Shown piece after piece: positions 24,192 to 30,214 of a DNA stretch of 30,214 bases. Made by a program: the position numbers and the translations under genes. Location of the stretch: the NCBI GenBank assembly GCA_029974275.1, contig JARKSN010000094.1, forward strand, positions 1 through 30,214. Reading direction: 5' to 3'. The notes beneath the pieces were generated by a model. The model was not told the DNA's origin. It worked only from the letters and a program-made list of their open reading frames with translations, and ran no database searches. How positions within the stretch are numbered: the first letter of the stretch is position 1; each line of letters starts with the position of its first letter. This DNA is from Candidatus Hydrogenedentota bacterium. Lineage in GTDB: Bacteria; Hydrogenedentota; Hydrogenedentia; Hydrogenedentales; SLHB01.

Positions 24192-26831
24192 TTACGCCTG
24201 TGTCCCCAACAATTTCATCACGACGTCCTTCGCCGCCGCAATGGTCTCGGACAGTTTCTCCGGCGTTTTTCCGCCCGCCTGGGCCATGTCCGGACGTCCG
24301 CCTCCGCCCCCCCCCACCATGGGAGCCAGTTCCTTCACGACATCACCGGCTCGAATACGCGACGTGAGGTCCTTCGATACGCCCACGCACAACGCGACCT
24401 TGCCGTCGCACACGCTTCCCAACACCAACACCCCCGATGGCAGCTTCTCGCGCAAACTGTCCAGCGCCGCACGCAGGCCGGCCGGGTCCTGGCCGTCCAT
24501 CTCCACCGCTAAAAGCTTGACATCGCCGATATCCAGCACTTTGGACATGTAGTCGATGGCGCCGCCTGTCGCAGCGGCCTGCTTCCACTTTGCAACCTCG
24601 CGCGCAAGACGGCGGTTCTCGTCGATAAGCGCTTGAACGCGCGCCGGCACTTCGTCCAGGCCACTGTTGAGCAGTTGGGCCACAGCGTTCAGATCGCCCT
24701 CTCGCGCCTGAATGACGTTCACGCAAGGCTCGCCACAGACGGCTTCGATGCGTCGCACCCCTGCGGAAATACTGGATTCTGATAGAATCTTGAAATAGCC
24801 GATCGCCCCGGTGCGCGGAACGTGCGTGCCGCCGCACAGTTCCATGCTGATGTCGCCGACCTGAACGACGCGGACGACATCGTCGTACTTCTCGCCGAAC
24901 AGGGCCATCGCGCCGGCGGCCATGGCCTCGTTGATATCCATTTGGGAAATAGCCACCGGTTCATCCGAACGGATGTAGCGGTTGACCTCGCGCTCGATAT
25001 CGAGCAGACGTGCGCTGTCGATGCCTTCGAAATGCGTGAAATCGAACCGGAAACGCTCCGGCGCAACCAGCGAACCGGCTTGATGCACATGATCGCCCAA
25101 AACGTCTTGCAGCGCGGCCTGCAACAGGTGCGTCGCCGTATGATGCGCTTGCGTGGCGGTGCGCGACGCGACATCGACCTGTGCGTGGACGCCATCGCCC
25201 ACACGCAAGGTTCCCTGCGTGACCTTCGCCACGTGGAGGGGCAACTTGGGAAGCGGCGCTTTGGTGTCCGTCACATGGACGGTTGCGGTTGCCGCCTCTA
25301 AGATGCCCGTATCGCCGACCTGCCCGCCCGACGCGGCATAGAAGGGCGTCGTGTCCAGCAGCACTTCGCCTTCTTCATCTTCCGCCAGCGCCTCAAGCTT
25401 CTGGCCGTTACGAAGGATAGCCACCACCTTGGCCTGTGCCGCCAGCGTGTCGTACCCGACAAACGGCACCGGCGGGTTCTCGTCCTGCACGACACGATAG
25501 ACGGGGGCGAGGGCCTGTTCGCCGCTGCCTGTCCAGGCGCTACGCGCTTGCTCGCGCTGCTTGGCCATTGCCGTATCGAAGCCTTCCCGATCCACCGTAT
25601 AGCCGCGATCTTCCGAGATATCGGTTGCAAGATCCAGGGGGAATCCGTAGGTGTCGTGCAAACGGAACAATTCGGATCCCGGCACGATTTTGACCCCGGA
25701 CGATTCCATCTTGTCGTAAATCTCTTCCAGCAAATCCATGCCACGCGCCAACGTGCTCTGGAAACGCTGCTCCTCCGTCTGGATGACTTTTTCGATTTGC
25801 GTGCGGTTTTCAACCAACTCGGGGTATTGATGGCCCATGCGGTCGATTACGGTATGCACGACTTTGTACAAGAACGGCTGTTCCAGGCCTAGCTCGCGTC
25901 CGAAGCGTGCCGCGCGACGCAGCAACCGGCGTTCAACATAGCCGCGCCCCTCGTTCCCTGGCAGCACGCCGTCGGCCACGAGAAACGCCAACGCACGCAC
26001 GTGATCCGCGATGACGCGGTAGGGCACGGGGTTCTTCTTGTACGGTGTCTGCGCCAAAGCCTCTGTCGAATGAATGATCGGCGTGATGCCATCGATGTCG
26101 AAGACCGTCTCGACGCCTTGCAGCAATGCTGCGAGCCGTTCGAGGCCCATGCCTGTGTCGATGCCGCGGTTTTTCAGCGGAGGCCGCGAGCCGTCGATCT
26201 GCTGATCAAATTGCGGAAACACGAGGTTCCAGAATTCGATGAAACGCTCGCCGGGGTCGTCGCCTGGCGTGCTGTTCGGACCAAGATGCCTGCCGCGGTC
26301 GAGGTGCAGTTCCGAACAGGGGCCGCAGGCGCCCGTGTCGCCGGCCGGTCCCCAGAAATTGTCCTTCGCGCCAAGACGAATCAGGCGTCTCGTGGGGATG
26401 CCGATTTCCTTCTCCCAAATGCCGTACGCATCATCATCGTCTTCATATACCGATACCCAGATGAGTTCGGGGTCGAGCTTCGCGACCTGCGTCGAAAATT
26501 CCCACGCCCACTGGATGGCCTCGCGCTTGAAATAATCGCCGAAGGAAAAGTTTCCCAACATCTCGAAAAAGGTCATATGGCGCGTCGTTTTGCCGACCTC
26601 GTCCAGATCGTTTGCTTTGCCGCCGGCGCGCAGACATTTCTGCGCCGTTGCCGCGCGACGATACGGCACCGGAGCCTCGCCGGTATAGTACGGCTTGAAT
26701 TGGACCATCCCTGCGCTTGAGAACAACAGCGTCGGGTCATTGCTTGGAACCAGCTTATCGCTGCGTTCGATGACATGGCCCCGCTGCCGGAAAAAGTCCA
26801 AATAACGCGCACGGATTTCATCACTCTTCAC
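24192..26831 (-). CDS. alaS: Alanine--tRNA ligase
   Basis: DPTLLFSSAGMVQFK, HMTFFEMLGNFSFGDYFK, IDTGMGLER, editing HHTATHLL and ELCGGTH, C-terminal GGGGGRP; GTG start with AGGAGG. Confidence 0.98.
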   Translation of the reverse strand: MKSDEIRARYLDFFRQRGHVIERSDKLVPSNDPTLLFSSAGMVQFKPYYTGEAPVPYRRAATAQKCLRAGGKANDLDEVGKTTRHMTFFEMLGNFSFGDYFKREAIQWAWEFSTQVAKLDPELIWVSVYEDDDDAYGIWEKEIGIPTRRLIRLGAKDNFWGPAGDTGACGPCSELHLDRGRHLGPNSTPGDDPGERFIEFWNLVFPQFDQQIDGSRPPLKNRGIDTGMGLERLAALLQGVETVFDIDGITPIIHSTEALAQTPYKKNPVPYRVIADHVRALAFLVADGVLPGNEGRGYVERRLLRRAARFGRELGLEQPFLYKVVHTVIDRMGHQYPELVENRTQIEKVIQTEEQRFQSTLARGMDLLEEIYDKMESSGVKIVPGSELFRLHDTYGFPLDLATDISEDRGYTVDREGFDTAMAKQREQARSAWTGSGEQALAPVYRVVQDENPPVPFVGYDTLAAQAKVVAILRNGQKLEALAEDEEGEVLLDTTPFYAASGGQVGDTGILEAATATVHVTDTKAPLPKLPLHVAKVTQGTLRVGDGVHAQVDVASRTATQAHHTATHLLQAALQDVLGDHVHQAGSLVAPERFRFDFTHFEGIDSARLLDIEREVNRYIRSDEPVAISQMDINEAMAAGAMALFGEKYDDVVRVVQVGDISMELCGGTHVPRTGAIGYFKILSESSISAGVRRIEAVCGEPCVNVIQAREGDLNAVAQLLNSGLDEVPARVQALIDENRRLAREVAKWKQAAATGGAIDYMSKVLDIGDVKLLAVEMDGQDPAGLRAALDSLREKLPSGVLVLGSVCDGKVALCVGVSKDLTSRIRAGDVVKELAPMVGGGGGGRPDMAQAGGKTPEKLSETIAAAKDVVMKLLGTQA

Positions 26832-27013
26832 GGGAAACCTCCTGAAAAAAACAGTCCAATCTCAAGAAACCGAAGGACATACCTTAAATCTTTTCGCGCC
26901 GTCAAAACAACAGGGCTTCCCACTTGCCGCCTGCATCGCGCTCGACGTAAGATAGGGCGCGGACACGATACGGGGAATGCGAGATCGCTCCATTTTTTTT
27001 ACGAGGATGCCCA

Positions 27014-28129
27014 ATGAACGTTCCATTTGTCGATCTGCGCGCGCAACATGGACCGCTGGCGCAGGAAATTCTTTCGAGTTGGGGAAAAATCCTCGATGAC
27101 GGCGGATTCGTGGGCGGAGAACACATCGAGGGGTTCGAACGCGAGTTTGCCGCCGCTTGCGGCGCAGATCATGCGGTTTCTGTGGCCAGCGGCACCGATG
27201 CGTTGCGTTTTGCGTTTCTGGCCAAGGGCGTTGCGCCCGGCGACGAGGTCCTGGTTCCCGCAAATTCGTTCATCGCCACCGCCGAAGCAGTGACGCAGGC
27301 CGGAGCGACGCCCGTCTTCGTGGATAGCGATCCGCAAACGCACGTGATTGACCCGGCCGCCGCCGCCGCCGCCGTCACCTCCCGCACGCGAGGCATTGCC
27401 GCCGTCCATCTCTATGGCCAAACGGCGGATATGGACGCTCTAGGGAGCCTGGCGAGGGCGCACAACCTCTGGATTGTCGAAGACGCCGCCCAAGCCCACT
27501 TGGCCGAGTTCCAGGGGCGCCGGGCGGGATCGTTGGGAGATGCGGCGGCCTTTTCATTCTATCCCAGCAAAAATCTGGGGGCCTGTGGCGAAGCCGGGGC
27601 AGTGGTCACGAACGACGCCGCGGTGGCCGACCGCGTTCGCATGCTGCGCGATCACGGTCAGACGCGCAAATACCTCCATGCCGTCGAGGGCTACAATGGC
27701 CGTTGCGACGCCCTGCAAGCCGCCGCGCTGCGAATCAAACTGCGCCATCTGCCCCGATGGAACGAACAGCGCCGCGCGCTCGCCGCACGGTATGTCGAAC
27801 GCCTGCGTTCCTGCGAGGACATCACGCTACCAACGACGGCTCCAGACTGCTTGCCGGTATGGCACCTCTTTGTGGTTCAACTCGCGAGCCGGAACGTGGT
27901 TCAGGCCGCCTTGACGGAGAGAGGCGTCGCCACGGGCATCCATTACCCCGTTCCCTTGCATCTCCAGCCGGCGTACGCGCGCCTGCGCTGCCGCGAAGGA
28001 TCGCTCCCCAATGCAGAGCGATGCGCCCAACGCATTCTGTCCCTTCCCATGTACGCGGAGATGCCCCCTGGCCACGTCGATTACGTCTGTGCGACGCTTC
28101 GGGAGATCCTGTCCGCGCAGCGCGCGTAG
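27014..28129 (+). CDS. DegT/DnrJ/EryC1/StrS family PLP-dependent sugar aminotransferase
   Basis: VPFVDL, SGTDAL, VHLYG, IVEDAAQAH, SFYPSKNLG (PLP lysine), HYPVPLH, LSLPM. Confidence 0.93.
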   Translation: MNVPFVDLRAQHGPLAQEILSSWGKILDDGGFVGGEHIEGFEREFAAACGADHAVSVASGTDALRFAFLAKGVAPGDEVLVPANSFIATAEAVTQAGATPVFVDSDPQTHVIDPAAAAAAVTSRTRGIAAVHLYGQTADMDALGSLARAHNLWIVEDAAQAHLAEFQGRRAGSLGDAAAFSFYPSKNLGACGEAGAVVTNDAAVADRVRMLRDHGQTRKYLHAVEGYNGRCDALQAAALRIKLRHLPRWNEQRRALAARYVERLRSCEDITLPTTAPDCLPVWHLFVVQLASRNVVQAALTERGVATGIHYPVPLHLQPAYARLRCREGSLPNAERCAQRILSLPMYAEMPPGHVDYVCATLREILSAQRA

Positions 28130-28166
28130 ATTCCTCCGGACGGTTCACCGCAAAGGCAACGCGCCC

Positions 28167-29126
28167 TCAACCGCCTGACCGGACGAGATGCGTACGCGCC
28201 CACGCCAACATGGTCTCACGCATCAGGCCCGCCTCATGTCCGCGGAAGGGACACGGAACGATTTTCTTGTCCTTTGCGGGAACGCGATTGTACGCTGCGT
28301 AAATCGTCGACGGCAGACATAGTTCGTCCACAAGTCCGACCGACACCAACGTTGGACACGTAATGCGATCGGCTAGATTGTTGAGTTCGACATAGCTTAG
28401 CGTCCGCATAGCCCGATCGATCCGATCGGGCCATGCAGCCAAGTAGAGGTAAAGGTCGGGCCACGGATTGGCGCGGGTCATTTCCAGCGTGCGGCGGAAA
28501 TGGCAGAACCCCGGCACCTCGGCAAAACACAACGCAGGCCGCGCATCGAGACTGCACGCCGCCAGCGACAACCCCCCGCCCTGGCTGCAGCCCGTCGTGC
28601 CGATGCGCGAAGGATCGACATCCGCGCGCGTACAGGCGTAATCCAGCGCGCGGACCGTGTCGGCGTATGCGCGGGTCAGGTAATACTGTTCCGGTTCCAG
28701 AATGCCCCACGATATCCAGCCGCCCGTATGCCCCCCTGGATACTCGGCGAGATCCGTGCTGTCGCCCAACTGCCCGCGCACGTCAAACGTCAGCACCGTG
28801 ATGCCCTGCAGCGCCCACACGAGAAAATCCATGATCGAGCCCTTATGTCCGCCATAGCCATGCCAGAAGATCATCGTCGGCCGCGGTTTCGTTTCCCGTA
28901 GACTGAGACTCCACCCCGCAATACGCCCGCCGTCATATGCCGCAAACGAAACCTCCTCCACACGCACCTCCGGCGTAACATACGGAATCGTCGCAGCGCT
29001 CGCGTCCAATGGCTGCGCCTTGCTGCGATCCAAAATGCGCCGCCAGAACGCGTCAAAATCCGGCTCCTTCGTCTGCGGCAACGTAAAGTCCTGCAATTGG
29101 TCGAACGGCAGATCAAATTGAAACAT
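28167..29126 (-). CDS. Acetylxylan esterase / cephalosporin-C deacetylase (carbohydrate esterase family 7)
   Basis: Start reassigned to ATG 29126 (AAGGGAG RBS). PDFDAFW, HGYGG, CE7 signature RGQ...GxSQG (GCSQGG)...HE (GHE). Confidence 0.9.
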   Translation of the reverse strand: MFQFDLPFDQLQDFTLPQTKEPDFDAFWRRILDRSKAQPLDASAATIPYVTPEVRVEEVSFAAYDGGRIAGWSLSLRETKPRPTMIFWHGYGGHKGSIMDFLVWALQGITVLTFDVRGQLGDSTDLAEYPGGHTGGWISWGILEPEQYYLTRAYADTVRALDYACTRADVDPSRIGTTGCSQGGGLSLAACSLDARPALCFAEVPGFCHFRRTLEMTRANPWPDLYLYLAAWPDRIDRAMRTLSYVELNNLADRITCPTLVSVGLVDELCLPSTIYAAYNRVPAKDKKIVPCPFRGHEAGLMRETMLAWARTHLVRSGG

Positions 29127-29476
29127 AATCCATGCTCCCTTGAGTTGATTCGCGCCATGGTACCTGGAACGACACAAAAAAACACAGGAAACCTGCCCCC
29201 AACAGGCGAACGGGATCCCCCCCGAGCGCCACGCGCCCATCTCACGCGACCCAGTATGGCAAGCCCCTGGAATCCGGACCCGTTTTCTGCTACGCTGACG
29301 CGGTTATTTGCGCACACACGCCGCAAGAGCGAATCTCCTGCCCGCGCCAAACAGATTGCGGAATAGGGAATATCTTTCCGCCACGCCGGGGCGGGAACGC
29401 TCGCGCGCCACGAACGCAAAGGCGTGAATGCGCGTTGTCGCTCGAAAAAACGAGCATGCGGCAGGGGGAGACCATT

Positions 29477-29788
29477 ATGGCGTCATTGGTGGATGCAGTG
29501 CTTGCCCTGGAACGTCAGGCCTCGGACACGATCGATGCCGCTCATCGGCGCGCCCAAACGCTGGAAGTCCGCGCCGCAGAACAAATCGAGGCCCTACGCG
29601 CCGCGCTGGCCGAGGAAACCCAACAACGCATCGAAGCGTTTCGAGACGAGGCCCAGCGCACACACCAACAAGAACTCTCCAAACTCGAACGCGAATTCGC
29701 CGAGGCCATGACCGCGCTAGAAGCCATTCCCGACAGCGCGATCGATTCCCTGGCGAAACGCGTCGCAGTCCGAGTGCGCGAGGTCTAG
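29477..29788 (+). CDS. V/A-type ATPase peripheral stalk subunit G/H-like
   Basis: ATG 29477 with GGGGGAG RBS; 103-aa A/E/R/Q-rich coiled coil (LERQASDTIDAAHRRA) ending 2 nt before a subunit I gene, the usual first position in such operons. Confidence 0.68.
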   Translation: MASLVDAVLALERQASDTIDAAHRRAQTLEVRAAEQIEALRAALAEETQQRIEAFRDEAQRTHQQELSKLEREFAEAMTALEAIPDSAIDSLAKRVAVRVREV

Positions 29789-29790
29789 TC

Positions 29791-30214
29791 GTGGCCATTG
29801 ATCGCATGCAACGAGCCACGTTCCTATGCCCCAAGGAAGCGATAGCCCCCTTGGTGCGCGCACTGCACAAAATGGGCGCCGTCGAGTTCCACGACGTTCT
29901 CGCCCAACATGACGCCTCCGCCGGGCAGCTAACGCAACCCGAAACCTCCACGGAAGACAGCGACAGAGCCCTCAGCCGCATCCATTTCATCCTGAATCTT
30001 CTCGACCATTTCGTTCCCGAGAAAAAAACGTTTGTCGAAGGTCTCGCGCCGTTGCCGCTCGTCGTGGACGAAGCGGAACTGCGGCAAACCGTGGAACAAT
30101 TCGACTTGGAGGAGGCTTTCCACAAGGCGACGGATTTGGACGACGCCTACCGGAATGCCGAACGATTGCTCGCCGAAACCCAAGCGAAACTTGCCGAAGC
30201 GATGCCGTTTGCCG
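29791..30214 (+). CDS. V/A-type ATPase subunit I (a), N-terminal part; runs off the right edge
   Basis: Not in the ORF track; hand-translated from GTG 29791: MAIDRMQRATFLCPKEAIAPLVRALHKMGAVEFHDV..., open to the window end. Matches the MAIxxMxx...L...G.v..xD start and coiled coil of subunit I. Confidence 0.78.
   Translation, partial: MAIDRMQRATFLCPKEAIAPLVRALHKMGAVEFHDVLAQHDASAGQLTQPETSTEDSDRALSRIHFILNLLDHFVPEKKTFVEGLAPLPLVVDEAELRQTVEQFDLEEAFHKATDLDDAYRNAERLLAETQAKLAEAMPFA

Noticed and set aside
24307..24315. C9 homopolymer as a phase-variation tract
   Set aside because: It encodes the conserved poly-Gly motif of essential AlaRS and the frame is intact.
29127..29476. ACGCAAAG and small hairpins upstream of the V/A-ATPase operon as a riboswitch
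   Set aside because: No P1 stem with a GNRA loop or other riboswitch consensus; most simply a divergent promoter region.

Overview
GC-rich bacterial chromosomal segment with no rRNA, tRNA, CRISPR array or transposase. The gene mix (DUF5011 Ig-repeat secreted enzyme, DUF6785-type membrane protein, many carbohydrate esterases, V/A-ATPase) suggests a polysaccharide-degrading lineage such as Hydrogenedentota/Armatimonadota/PVC; this is inference only. The left half is all on the minus strand: a Zn-type ABC importer, a secreted glycoside-hydrolase-like protein, then a tightly coupled five-gene membrane system (DUF6785-like OPT-fold protein, ~1550-aa degenerate M28-peptidase/MacB-FtsX fusion, second OPT-like protein, small FtsX permease, LolD/MacB-type ATPase). 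A separately promoted secreted SGNH esterase with at least 5 Ig-like repeats follows and runs off the left edge. The right half holds motA-motB without other flagellar genes, rmlC, an alpha/beta hydrolase, a six-hairpin glycosidase-like protein, a plant-type glucuronokinase-like GHMP kinase, a CTAG-ended inverted-repeat element, a BlaI-family regulator without its sensor, alaS, a DegT aminotransferase, a CE7 acetyl esterase and the first two genes of a V/A-type ATPase operon. The best candidate for an undescribed system is the OPT-fold plus type VII ABC cluster with a pseudo-peptidase receptor (2486-12698).
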